Under the pieces are notes generated by a model. It had not been told where the DNA came from, searched no databases, and saw nothing but the letters and a program-made list of their open reading frames with translations. Positions 1-8,638 of a DNA stretch of 64,000 nt are shown piece by piece; position 1 is the first letter of the stretch; every line of letters begins with the position of its first letter. This stretch comes from Lachnospiraceae bacterium. GTDB lineage: Bacteria > Bacillota > Clostridia > Lachnospirales > Lachnospiraceae. The stretch spans positions 8,635 through 72,634 of the forward strand of contig JALCKY010000008.1 in the NCBI GenBank assembly GCA_022647575.1, given 5' to 3'. Made by a program: the position numbers and the translations under genes.

Positions 1-339
1 ACGAAAAATCTGTGATCCGGTCAGCCAGAATGCCCCGGGATCATGGTACTCATCCACAAGGATTTTAATATAAGTGAAAAGTTCCGGCGCATACTGAACC
101 TCATCAATCAGGATCGGTGGCTTATGCAGCTGCAGAAACATCTTGGGATCGGACTTTGCCAACTCCCGCAGATTCAGGTCATCTAGGGAAACATATTCCC
201 GGCCGATGCCTTCGCGTTGGGAAAGATTTTTCAGCATCGTTGTCTTGCCGGCCTGTCTGGGGCCGGTTATTAATAATGCGGGCCAGGTTTTGCTGAGTTC
301 AAGTACCTGGTCTTCCATATGACGTTTAATATATGACAT
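1..339 (-). CDS. AAA+ ATP-binding protein (AAA_14/DUF4143-type), N-terminal part; runs off the window edge
   Basis: Manual translation from ATG at 339: MSYIKRHMEDQVLELSKTWPALLITGPRQAGKTTML. GPRQxGKTT Walker A is typical of this family. Not in the ORF track because truncated. Confidence 0.8.
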   Translation of the reverse strand, partial: MSYIKRHMEDQVLELSKTWPALLITGPRQAGKTTMLKNLSQREGIGREYVSLDDLNLRELAKSDPKMFLQLHKPPILIDEVQYAPELFTYIKILVDEYHDPGAFWLTGSQIFR

Positions 340-518
340 AGCACACCGCCATTTCTGCACCGTTTAATAATGGCAAAAACTCGTTCGATTTCATTATAGA
401 TGTATTTTATAAATACTTCAATCAAAAGTTCGGCTAATATACGGTTATTATATATTTTAGCCGCACTATTCTCTTGACGCCTATTTCATATTAATTCAAT
501 ACCCTTGGTTGAATATGA

Positions 519-1280
519 TCAACTTTTCCTCAGCAGCTTATACAGACAGTATGCTCCCGGATGCATGTATTTTGCATCTTCTTCCTCGTCTTCAATAATC
601 GGCTCACAGCTCCATCCAAGCTTTTTAAATACCTCGATTTTGCGTACTTCATCAGGCATGCCGATGATAACTGCCGTGATGACATCCCTTTCCGCATTTG
701 TAGGGACGGCATCAATGCCGACATTCTCCAGAATGATAAGGAAGTTCTTGAGCGTGCTGAGTTCTTTCGTTTCAATGTCTCCGATCAGAAAAAACGCATA
801 CTGTTCTGCCTTTCTGTCCGTCAGTTTCATGTTTTTGGCAACATGTTCCTTCAGGATATACTGTCCATCTTCATTATCTTCCTGATAATCTGTAAGCGAT
901 ACGTACATCGCAGCACAGTCGGCGCTCAGGGTGTCGCAATAGTCCATCTGATTATCGTAATCGCTGAACGCAATCCCTTCTGCGTCCGGAATAACGGATC
1001 CAAGTGTCATCCTGAGAACGGTGCGAAGGCCTGAATGCGGAGGATCTTCTTCTAAACCGTTCTCGCCATCCTCATCGTCTCTGCACATCAGATATTCCTC
1101 ATCTGAAATGCCCTTCTTCAAGGTCATCCTGACTCCGCTGAGCATGATTCCCTCTTCGGATGAAAGTTTTGTTTCGGTCGAAAGTAAATACTCTTCCTCC
1201 TCCATCAGGTCCATCGTTTCAAAATATTGGATCTTCTTCTGTTCTTTCCTTCTATCTTCATCATATTCAGGAACTCCCAT
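519..1280 (-). CDS. Acidic hypothetical protein (253 aa)
   Basis: Long ORF; GGAGG RBS upstream of ATG; overlaps the upstream gene end by 14 bp. No family recognised. Confidence 0.7.
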   Translation of the reverse strand: MGVPEYDEDRRKEQKKIQYFETMDLMEEEEYLLSTETKLSSEEGIMLSGVRMTLKKGISDEEYLMCRDDEDGENGLEEDPPHSGLRTVLRMTLGSVIPDAEGIAFSDYDNQMDYCDTLSADCAAMYVSLTDYQEDNEDGQYILKEHVAKNMKLTDRKAEQYAFFLIGDIETKELSTLKNFLIILENVGIDAVPTNAERDVITAVIIGMPDEVRKIEVFKKLGWSCEPIIEDEEEDAKYMHPGAYCLYKLLRKS

Positions 1281-2037
1281 TTGTGTTTTCCTCCAATTTC
1301 TGGCTTTCCAGACCGGCTTCTTCCTGCAGTTCCTTCAGCCTGACGGACGCGCCGCGCCTCCTCGCATAACGCATCATTTTCAGTTCATCAATGGGATATT
1401 TTTCATATGCCGCTTTCAATGACATCAGATAAGATTCTTCCGGCACAAATATTCCTATGTTCTTCTCTGCAATCAGATCGACCAGAAGTTTCTCCAGGAC
1501 AATATCGTAAGGACGTTTCCTATTACGGGGTGCTTCACTTATTTTATCGACGACGATGATCATATCATCCGTTTTATAGCTTTCTATTTCTTTCCGGCTC
1601 GGCTTATAAAAGACGTTCTTGAAATCCCGTCTCAGGAGTTCAAATATCGTTCTGGAAGATTCCTTCCGTACCTGCACGAAAATGGCACTGCATTTAAGCG
1701 CCGCAGCTGCCGATTTCTCCAGAAGATTTGTTTCAAGGAGGCAGAAATCCATCCATTCATACTGTTTCATGATGCTGTTCCGGACACGGAGCGCCTGCAT
1801 TGAATAATTTGGCCGAAAAGGCTTCCTGCTGTCCGCCGCTTTACGTGCATAGCTGTTACGGCCGATCTTATGGAGCTTTCCGTCACGGGACGTCTTCGCA
1901 AGGATCCAGCAGAATGTGTTTGCCGTTAACGAAGGATGCAGCTCCTGCAGATATTCCAATAATTCCCTGCGGCTGTATTCCTTATCCGGAAGATTTTCAA
2001 TTGCTTCTTCATACCAGAACATTTCTGCCATCTCCAC
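1267..2037 (-). CDS. DUF6577-family / AbiEi-like (type IV TA antitoxin-like) protein
   Basis: N-terminal wHTH-like segment (GKLHKIGRNSY) and C-terminal LEKLLVDLIAEK...MMRYARRRG pattern recalled from this family. Confidence 0.65.
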   Translation of the reverse strand: MEMAEMFWYEEAIENLPDKEYSRRELLEYLQELHPSLTANTFCWILAKTSRDGKLHKIGRNSYARKAADSRKPFRPNYSMQALRVRNSIMKQYEWMDFCLLETNLLEKSAAAALKCSAIFVQVRKESSRTIFELLRRDFKNVFYKPSRKEIESYKTDDMIIVVDKISEAPRNRKRPYDIVLEKLLVDLIAEKNIGIFVPEESYLMSLKAAYEKYPIDELKMMRYARRRGASVRLKELQEEAGLESQKLEENTNGSS

Positions 2038-2087
2038 CCATTTATATACCTGAATTCATTTTATCATGCCCTTTCTGCGCTAACAAT

Positions 2088-2166
2088 ATGTTTCGGCAAT
2101 TTAATTCTTGTATTGCCGAAACATGGTGACACCAAAATGACACATTAAGGTTGAAATTTGGTGTCA
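2088..2166. promoter_or_regulatory. Two adjacent inverted repeats upstream of the DUF6577 gene (candidate operator or att arm sites)
   Basis: atgtttcggcaat(2088-2100)/attgccgaaacat(2112-2124) and tgacaccaaa(2127-2136)/tttggtgtca(2157-2166). Confidence 0.5.
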
Positions 2167-2230
2167 GAAGACATATTTTCACTGTTCCTGGGTGGCTCTG
2201 AATGGATTATGGAAAGACCGGATAGACATG

Positions 2231-2280
2231 AAAAAAACGTGATAAATACGCCACTTTTCGGCTTATCTATCACGTTTTTT
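2231..2280 (-). terminator. Hairpin downstream of tRNA-Lys (probable terminator)
   Basis: aaaaaacgtgata...tatcacgtttttt inverted repeat with T/A runs on both sides. Confidence 0.55.
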
Positions 2281-2285
2281 AATCC

Positions 2286-2358
2286 TGCGCCTCCGGGGGC
2301 TCGAACCCCGGACACCCTGATTAAGAGTCAGGTGCTCTACCAACTGAGCTAGAAGCGC
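2286..2358 (-). tRNA. tRNA-Lys (anticodon CTT), CCA not encoded
   Basis: Minus strand GCGCTTCTAGCTCAGTTGGTAGAGCACCTGACTCTTAATCAGGGTGTCCGGGGTTCGAGCCCCCGGAGGCGCA: 73-nt cloverleaf, anticodon loop CT-CTT-AA, T-loop GTTCGA. Confidence 0.97.
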
Positions 2359-2396
2359 AAATGCATTGGCTGCGCTGTTTTCACAGCGCAACCATT

Positions 2397-2425
2397 ATTA
2401 TAATAAGGCTAATTGCAAAAAGCAA
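2397..2425 (-). promoter_or_regulatory. SigA-type promoter of tRNA-Lys
   Basis: TTGCTT-17 bp-TATAAT on the minus strand. Confidence 0.65.
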
Positions 2426-2462
2426 GGATTTTCTTTCAAATACGAAAATCCTTTGAAATCTT

Positions 2463-2783
2463 TTACTGCAGCAGACCTTTGATCAGATCTTCGAAATCCG
2501 CCGGGCTCATGCCGCCGATGGCGTTCTTGACCATCCGTCCGTCCTTGAACATCAGGAAATTCGGAATAGACATGACTTTGTAGGCTGCGACTGCATCGCC
2601 GTCCGTGTCAACATTGAGCTTGCAGAATTTCACCTTGTCGCCGTACTGCTCGGAGAACTTTTCAACAACCGGAGCCATCATCTGGCACGGCCCGCACCAG
2701 TCAGCGTAGCAGTCCAGAAAAACCGGCAGCGCAGACTTCATGACTTCCTGATCGAAATTATCGCTCGTTACGACTGTAACCAT
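2463..2783 (-). CDS. trxA: Thioredoxin
   Basis: WCGPC active site, 106 aa, GGAGG RBS. Confidence 0.97.
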   Translation of the reverse strand: MVTVVTSDNFDQEVMKSALPVFLDCYADWCGPCQMMAPVVEKFSEQYGDKVKFCKLNVDTDGDAVAAYKVMSIPNFLMFKDGRMVKNAIGGMSPADFEDLIKGLLQ

Positions 2784-2912
2784 AGGAACCTCCTTGAATT
2801 CTCTTATTTAAATGTTATTTTACCCTGCACCCTGAAGTTTGACAATACTGCCCGCGGGAAATGAACCCTATTTAACAAAGATTTTATGATTTGTTCGTCC
2901 CGCAGCCTGCCG

Positions 2913-3704
2913 TCAGTTTTCCGCATGAAACACTGCCGTCAGCTTGCAGATCCGGTTCCCGAGTGCCGAAAATTTTCTTTCATATTCTGTCATGATATTG
3001 CCTTCGTTCAGCACCGGATCTCGGTGCAGGTCATAAGTCTTCGCGGTGATTTCCCAGTGCGGCGCCGCCTCAAGCTCTTCCGTCGAAAAGTCGAACAGGG
3101 CACGGTTGTCAGTTTTGAACTCCAGCCGTCCGCCGTCCTTCAGCACTTTCTCATACATTTCCAGGAAATGATGCGACGTCAGCCTGCGCTTGGCATGCTT
3201 TTTCTTCGGCCACGGATCGGAAAAATTCAGATAGAGAACCGAAATCTCACCCGGTGCAAAATACAGCGGCATTTCCCGTGCATCCATGCACAGAAACCTC
3301 AGATTCTCAAGCCTCCCCGGATTCTTCTGCTCTCCGTCCGATTCTATCGTTCCGCTTCCGGCTTCTCTCTCGTCCGCATGCTGTTCTGCCGTTCCGTCTT
3401 TTCCTTCATCCGCATGCTTTTCCCCGCTTCCGTCCTCTTCCCCGTCCGCAGTCTTTTCTTCCAAAGCCTGGCAGGCACGGAACAGCACGCTTTCGTAGCG
3501 CTCGATTCCGACGTAGTTGATGCCGGGATTCAAGCGTGCGCTTTCGATCAGGAATTTTCCCTTGCCGGTTCCGATTTCCGCATAAATTTCCGCCTGCTTC
3601 GCAAAGCAGGACGCGATTCCGCCTTCGATCGGCGCCTTTTCATGGATCACGTACGGGCTGTCTGCGACAATGCCCGGCGCTTCCGGAATATTTCTCAGTC
3701 TCAT
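2913..3704 (-). CDS. trmB: tRNA (guanine-N7)-methyltransferase, with a low-complexity insertion
   Basis: EIGTGKG SAM motif, LNFSDPWPK, FKTD, TEYERKF. Confidence 0.95.
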   Translation of the reverse strand: MRLRNIPEAPGIVADSPYVIHEKAPIEGGIASCFAKQAEIYAEIGTGKGKFLIESARLNPGINYVGIERYESVLFRACQALEEKTADGEEDGSGEKHADEGKDGTAEQHADEREAGSGTIESDGEQKNPGRLENLRFLCMDAREMPLYFAPGEISVLYLNFSDPWPKKKHAKRRLTSHHFLEMYEKVLKDGGRLEFKTDNRALFDFSTEELEAAPHWEITAKTYDLHRDPVLNEGNIMTEYERKFSALGNRICKLTAVFHAEN

Positions 3705-3911
3705 GCGGCCATTATACAGTAAATATTGAGGTTTAGGAAGGTTTGTCAGCCTGAATTTTCGTCATTCTTTTTCGCAAATAATTATGTTTTTTTTATAAAA
3801 AGATGTATAATCGGTACAAATATTGAAACATGCGCAGACAATCATGGACCGCACTGAAGACACGGCCATGCATTGTTTAAAATGCGCTTATCGGAAAACA
3901 CGGAGGCCGCT

Positions 3912-4226
3912 ATGGATTCGGATTCTGTCATTTCAAGACTCGCACAAATTGAATCGGGTGCCGGCAAGGTTCTCGATGATGCGGTTGCGCGCAAATCAGA
4001 ACTGAACGACGCGATGAAGAAAAAAACAGAAGATTTCGATGCCGCCTGCGACGCCGAAACCGAGAAGAAAATCAGCGATATCAAATCACAGCTTCAGAAG
4101 GACACGGAAGCACAGCTGGTCAGGCTGCGCGGGAATGTCAAGACGGACCTGGCAGCTATCCAGGAGCGTTTCGACAAGAGCCACAGTGAATGGTCTGATG
4201 AACTTGTGAAAGATATTTTAAAGTGA
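3912..4226 (+). CDS. V/A-type ATPase peripheral stalk subunit G/H-like
   Basis: Charged coiled-coil of ~104 aa, first gene of the operon; start moved to ATG 3912 after GGAGG. Confidence 0.65.
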   Translation: MDSDSVISRLAQIESGAGKVLDDAVARKSELNDAMKKKTEDFDAACDAETEKKISDIKSQLQKDTEAQLVRLRGNVKTDLAAIQERFDKSHSEWSDELVKDILK

Positions 4227-4239
4227 TTGGGGCAGCTGC

Positions 4240-5283
4240 ATGACGGGACTGATGGCATACAGCGGGATCACGACGAAGATCCGCGCGATGCAGAAAAATT
4301 TACTGACCGATGCGCAATTCCGGGAGATTACTTCTCTGCCGGATGTGCCTTCGATTGTTTCCTGGCTGAAGAAGGTTCCTTCCTATGCGGACGTGCTGTC
4401 CCACCTGGATGAGAACAATCTTCACCGCGGCCAGATTGAGTTTGAAATAGGAAATGCAACATACTCCGACTTCGCCTCGATCTATCAGTTCGCGAACGGG
4501 GCGCAGCGGAAGTTCCTCCGGGAATACGGCCGCCGGTTCGAGGTCAAGCTGCTGAAGCGGTGCATGAACGCCGCCATCAACGGTTCGCAGATGACCCCGG
4601 ATATCAAGGTCTACAAGGATTTCTTCGATCATTACACCGAGCTGGACCTGGATGCCTTATATGAAGCAAAGGATATACGGGCTGTTATCGATGCGCTGAA
4701 GGGAACTCATTATTACGAGCCGCTGAACCGCATTTCCCAGAACCCGGGGATGACGCTTTTCGATTACGAAACGGCGCTGGACCAGTATTATTTCGCACAG
4801 ATCTGGGATGACCGGGGCGGAATGAAGACGAAGCTCAACACGTCGATCATCACGAAGATTTTCGGCACCAAGATCGACATGCTGAACCTGATCTGGATCA
4901 ACCGGGCAAGGAATCATTACCATATGTCGGCCGCGGATATGTACGCGATGCTGATACCGATCAGCTACAAGCTGAAGAAAGAGGAAGTTCAGGCACTGGT
5001 CGAGGCGGATTCGTCCGATGCGTATGAAAGTGCCCTGAAGAAGACTTATTTCGGGCGGGTCTATAAAAATTATATGGCCCCCGAGAATCTCGGTTCCGAA
5101 TATAATTATGTGCTTCGCCACATTTTAAATAAACTGTCCCGCGAGGATCCTTATTCTGTAGCGACGCTGCACAATTATCTTTATTTAAAGGAGCACGAAA
5201 TCGCCCGGCTGACCATTGCCGTTGAATGTGTCCGGTACGGAATGCCGTCCGATGAAGCTATGAAGCTGATTCTCGCCTTATAG
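4240..5283 (+). CDS. ntpC: V-type ATPase subunit C (AC39/d family)
   Basis: 347 aa, YSGITTKIRAM N-terminus, operon position. Confidence 0.85.
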   Translation: MTGLMAYSGITTKIRAMQKNLLTDAQFREITSLPDVPSIVSWLKKVPSYADVLSHLDENNLHRGQIEFEIGNATYSDFASIYQFANGAQRKFLREYGRRFEVKLLKRCMNAAINGSQMTPDIKVYKDFFDHYTELDLDALYEAKDIRAVIDALKGTHYYEPLNRISQNPGMTLFDYETALDQYYFAQIWDDRGGMKTKLNTSIITKIFGTKIDMLNLIWINRARNHYHMSAADMYAMLIPISYKLKKEEVQALVEADSSDAYESALKKTYFGRVYKNYMAPENLGSEYNYVLRHILNKLSREDPYSVATLHNYLYLKEHEIARLTIAVECVRYGMPSDEAMKLILAL

Positions 5284-5320
5284 GAGAGGCGTTAAGTCTG
5301 AATACAAAGAGGTACTGCCC

Positions 5321-7267
5321 TTGATAGTCAAAATGAAGTTCTTAAGCCTTACGGGGCCGAAGGCGGATATTGATCGCGTCGCGAACAAGTATCTGTCGAA
5401 ATATGAGATTCATCTGGAAAATACGATCACGGAGCTTTCTTCCGTGCACAATCTTTCTCCGTACATCCAGACGAACCCTTATAAAGATCTGCTTAGCAAG
5501 GCAAATGAATTCGCTTCCCTCGTAAGCAATGATAAGTCTCCGGTCACCCCCGAAGACATTCCTCTTTCTGACTCAATCGACCTTATTGAAGAGCTCGACA
5601 GCCATCTGACGGCCCAGGACAAGGTCCTGAACGCAATGGAAGACCGCGCGAAAAAGCTGGATGATTCCCGCAAGACGATTCAGCCGTTCGTCGGCATGAA
5701 CTATGATGTCAAATCGGTTCTCGGATTCAAGCATGTTGATTTCCGCTTCGGACGCATGCCGGTCAGTTATTTTGCAAAGTTCAATACCTACATCTACGAT
5801 AACGTCGATACCATTTTCCATCAGTGCAAGGCGGATCAGGATTTCGTCTGGGGCGTTTATTTCGTGCCTTCGACAGAAGCCCACAAGATCGACGCGGTCT
5901 ATGATTCCATGCATTTCGAGCGCATTTTCATTCCGGACGAGTATGACGGAAAGCCTCAGGAAGCCTATGACGGGCTGACGAAGGAATACGACGATGTCAT
6001 GAAGAAGATTTCCGCCGCCAAGGTGGAAATGAAGGCGATCCTCGACAAGGATGCACCCCGTATTCTCGGCGCTCGCAACCGCCTGGATTCTCTTTCCCAG
6101 AATTTCGATATCCGCAAGATGGCGGCCGTCACGAACGCTGACGTCGACACCTTCTATATCCTCTGCGGATGGATGGCGGAAAATGATGTGAAGTCCTTCC
6201 AGAAGGACATTGAAAACGATGAAAAGGTCTTCTGCGTGGTAGGCGAAGATCAGCACGATCCGAATACCGTGCCTCCGACCAAGCTGAAGAACCCGAAGCT
6301 GTTCAAGCCGTATGAAATGTACATCAAGATGTACGGCCTTCCGAACTATCATGAGTTCGACCCGACCATTTTCGTGGCGATCACCTACAGCTTCATTTTC
6401 GGCGCCATGTTCGGCGACGCCGGCCAGGGACTCTGCCTCCTGATCGGCGGCCTGCTCCTGTACCTTAAAAAGCATATGCCGCTTGCCGGAATCATTGCCT
6501 CGGCGGGCGTCTTCTCGACTTTCTTCGGTGTGATGTTCGGATCCTTCTTCGGTTTCGAGGACGTGATCCCGGCCGTGTGGCTGCGGCCTACGGAGGCCAT
6601 GGTAACGCTGCCGTTTATCGGCAAGCTGAATACCGTCTTCGTCGTCGCGGTGGCTTTCGGCATGTTCCTGATCATCCTGACGATGATCATGCATATCATC
6701 AATGCCTTCCGCCAGAGGAATACGGAAGGGAAATGGTTCGATACGAATGCACTGGCAGGTCTCATTTTCTACGGCACGCTGGTCGCGGCCATCGTGCTCT
6801 TCATGTCCGGCCATACGATTACTTCCGGCGGAATCTTCCTGTTCCTGCTGATCGGCTCTTTCGTCGTGATGTTCTTCAAGGAACCGCTGACGAATCTGGT
6901 CGACCGGAAGAAGAAGCTGATCGGCGAGGGTGTCGGCATGTTCATTACGCAGAGCTTCTTTGAAATGTTCGAAGTCCTGCTCAGCTACTTCAGCAATACT
7001 CTTTCCTTCGTCCGTATCGGTGCTTTTGCCGTCAGCCACGCCGCCATGATGCAGGTCGTCCTGATGCTGGCAGGAGCAACGAAAGGAAATATCAACTGGA
7101 TCGCGATCGTCATCGGCAACATTTTCGTCATGGGTCTGGAAGGCCTGATCGTCGGTATCCAGGTGCTCCGTCTCGAGTACTACGAGCTTTTCTCAAGATT
7201 CTACAAAGGCGACGGCAAGCTTTTCACGCCGTCCCTGCATAATAAGAAAGAAAATAAGGCATCATAA
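5321..7267 (+). CDS. ntpI: V-type ATPase subunit I (a)
   Basis: FGAMFGDAGQG and SNTLSFVRIGAF (essential Arg), LRLEYYE; multiple TMs. Confidence 0.95.
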   Translation: MIVKMKFLSLTGPKADIDRVANKYLSKYEIHLENTITELSSVHNLSPYIQTNPYKDLLSKANEFASLVSNDKSPVTPEDIPLSDSIDLIEELDSHLTAQDKVLNAMEDRAKKLDDSRKTIQPFVGMNYDVKSVLGFKHVDFRFGRMPVSYFAKFNTYIYDNVDTIFHQCKADQDFVWGVYFVPSTEAHKIDAVYDSMHFERIFIPDEYDGKPQEAYDGLTKEYDDVMKKISAAKVEMKAILDKDAPRILGARNRLDSLSQNFDIRKMAAVTNADVDTFYILCGWMAENDVKSFQKDIENDEKVFCVVGEDQHDPNTVPPTKLKNPKLFKPYEMYIKMYGLPNYHEFDPTIFVAITYSFIFGAMFGDAGQGLCLLIGGLLLYLKKHMPLAGIIASAGVFSTFFGVMFGSFFGFEDVIPAVWLRPTEAMVTLPFIGKLNTVFVVAVAFGMFLIILTMIMHIINAFRQRNTEGKWFDTNALAGLIFYGTLVAAIVLFMSGHTITSGGIFLFLLIGSFVVMFFKEPLTNLVDRKKKLIGEGVGMFITQSFFEMFEVLLSYFSNTLSFVRIGAFAVSHAAMMQVVLMLAGATKGNINWIAIVIGNIFVMGLEGLIVGIQVLRLEYYELFSRFYKGDGKLFTPSLHNKKENKAS

Positions 7268-7285
7268 ACTAAGGAGGACATTCTC

Positions 7286-7726
7286 ATGTTCACAACGGCA
7301 GTCAAAATCTTACTCGTCATTGCACTTGTACTCAGCATCATCATTCCGTTCGGCGTCTATCTAATCGGAGAGAGAAACCGCGGACGCTTCAAGACTTCCC
7401 TGGCAGTCAACGTATTCTTCTTCTTCGGAATCCTGCTGGTCGCGACCGTCCTGATGCTGGTCGGAAACCAGCCGGCACTTGCTGCTGACTCCACTTCCAC
7501 CGCAGGGCTTTCAACAGGCATGGGCTATCTGGCCGCAGCGCTTGTTACCGGTCTTTCCTGCATCGGCGGCGGCATCGCAGTCGCATCCGCTGCATCGGCA
7601 GCCCTCGGAGCCATTTCCGAAGACCAGAGCATCCTCGGCAAGTCATTGATCTTCGTCGGACTGGCAGAAGGTGTCTGCCTTTACGGCCTGATCATTTCCT
7701 TCATGATCCTCGGCTCCCTTACGTAA
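7286..7726 (+). CDS. ntpK: V-type ATPase subunit K (c)
   Basis: Hydrophobic; FVGLAEGVCLYG contains the conserved Glu. Confidence 0.92.
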   Translation: MFTTAVKILLVIALVLSIIIPFGVYLIGERNRGRFKTSLAVNVFFFFGILLVATVLMLVGNQPALAADSTSTAGLSTGMGYLAAALVTGLSCIGGGIAVASAASAALGAISEDQSILGKSLIFVGLAEGVCLYGLIISFMILGSLT

Positions 7727-7745
7727 ACACCGGAGGCATATTTCC

Positions 7746-8054
7746 TTGAAAATGTATCTTATCAGCGATAACGTAGACACGCTGACCGGCATGCGGCTTG
7801 CCGGCGTGAAGGGTGTCATTGTCCATGAGCGTGAGGAGCTGAAAAAGGCCCTCGAGGACGCTTTTCAGGATAAGGATATCGGAGTCCTCCTTCTGACGGA
7901 AAAATTCGGGAAGGAATACCCCGATGTGGTCAATGATGCAAAACTGAATCACAAGCTGCCGTTGATTCTGGATGTTCCGGATCGGCACGGTACCGGCCGG
8001 AGCCCGAATTTCATTACCGACTACGTTAATGAGGCGATTGGGTTGAAACTATGA
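7746..8054 (+). CDS. ntpG: V-type ATPase subunit F
   Basis: SDNVDTLTGMRLAGV motif, 102 aa, TTG start (NtpG is the E. hirae name for subunit F). Confidence 0.9.
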   Translation: MKMYLISDNVDTLTGMRLAGVKGVIVHEREELKKALEDAFQDKDIGVLLLTEKFGKEYPDVVNDAKLNHKLPLILDVPDRHGTGRSPNFITDYVNEAIGLKL

Positions 8055-8620
8055 CAATAGAAGAAAAGCTGAAGAATTTTTATGATTTCTCCATGGAGAG
8101 CGCAAAAGCGGAAGGCGAATCGGTCCTGAAGGAATATCAGGCAAGCCTTGACAAGTCTTTTGCCGAACATCAGGCCATGAAGCGCGATCAGGCGGAAATG
8201 ACTCTGCGTGACGAGACAGAGAAGTTGCGCCGTGACAGCAACAAGGCCCTCTCCGACGAGCAGATTAAAATCAAGCGCGCCCTTTCTGAAAAGCAGAGCG
8301 AAGTGAAAGCTTCCCTCTTTTCCGAGGTTGCCGATAAACTGAAGGATTTCAAGACCAGACCGGAATACGCCGACTACGTGATCCGGAAAATCAAGGATGC
8401 AAAGGATTTTGCCGGAGATGATCCGATGAAAATCTACATCGATCCGTCTGACTCTGCCCTGACGGATAAGATCAAGGCAGCGACCGGAAGCGATGTCATT
8501 CTTTCCAAGACACCGTTCACCGGAGGCATGCGCGCGGTCATTGAATCGAAGCACATCCTGATCGACAACTCTTTCGATACTCTGACGGCAGAAGAAAAAG
8601 CAAAATTCTCAATCGACTGA
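8051..8620 (+). CDS. ntpE: V-type ATPase subunit E
   Basis: Coiled-coil N-terminus and GGMRAV...IDNSF C-terminus; ATGA overlap with the previous gene. Confidence 0.85.
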   Translation: MTIEEKLKNFYDFSMESAKAEGESVLKEYQASLDKSFAEHQAMKRDQAEMTLRDETEKLRRDSNKALSDEQIKIKRALSEKQSEVKASLFSEVADKLKDFKTRPEYADYVIRKIKDAKDFAGDDPMKIYIDPSDSALTDKIKAATGSDVILSKTPFTGGMRAVIESKHILIDNSFDTLTAEEKAKFSID

Positions 8621-8638
8621 TGATCGAGGTACAGGCAA

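Noticed and set aside
1-2285. Calling the left edge a prophage or ICE
   Set aside because: No integrase, relaxase or phage gene is visible in the window; only the tRNA-adjacent position suggests an island.
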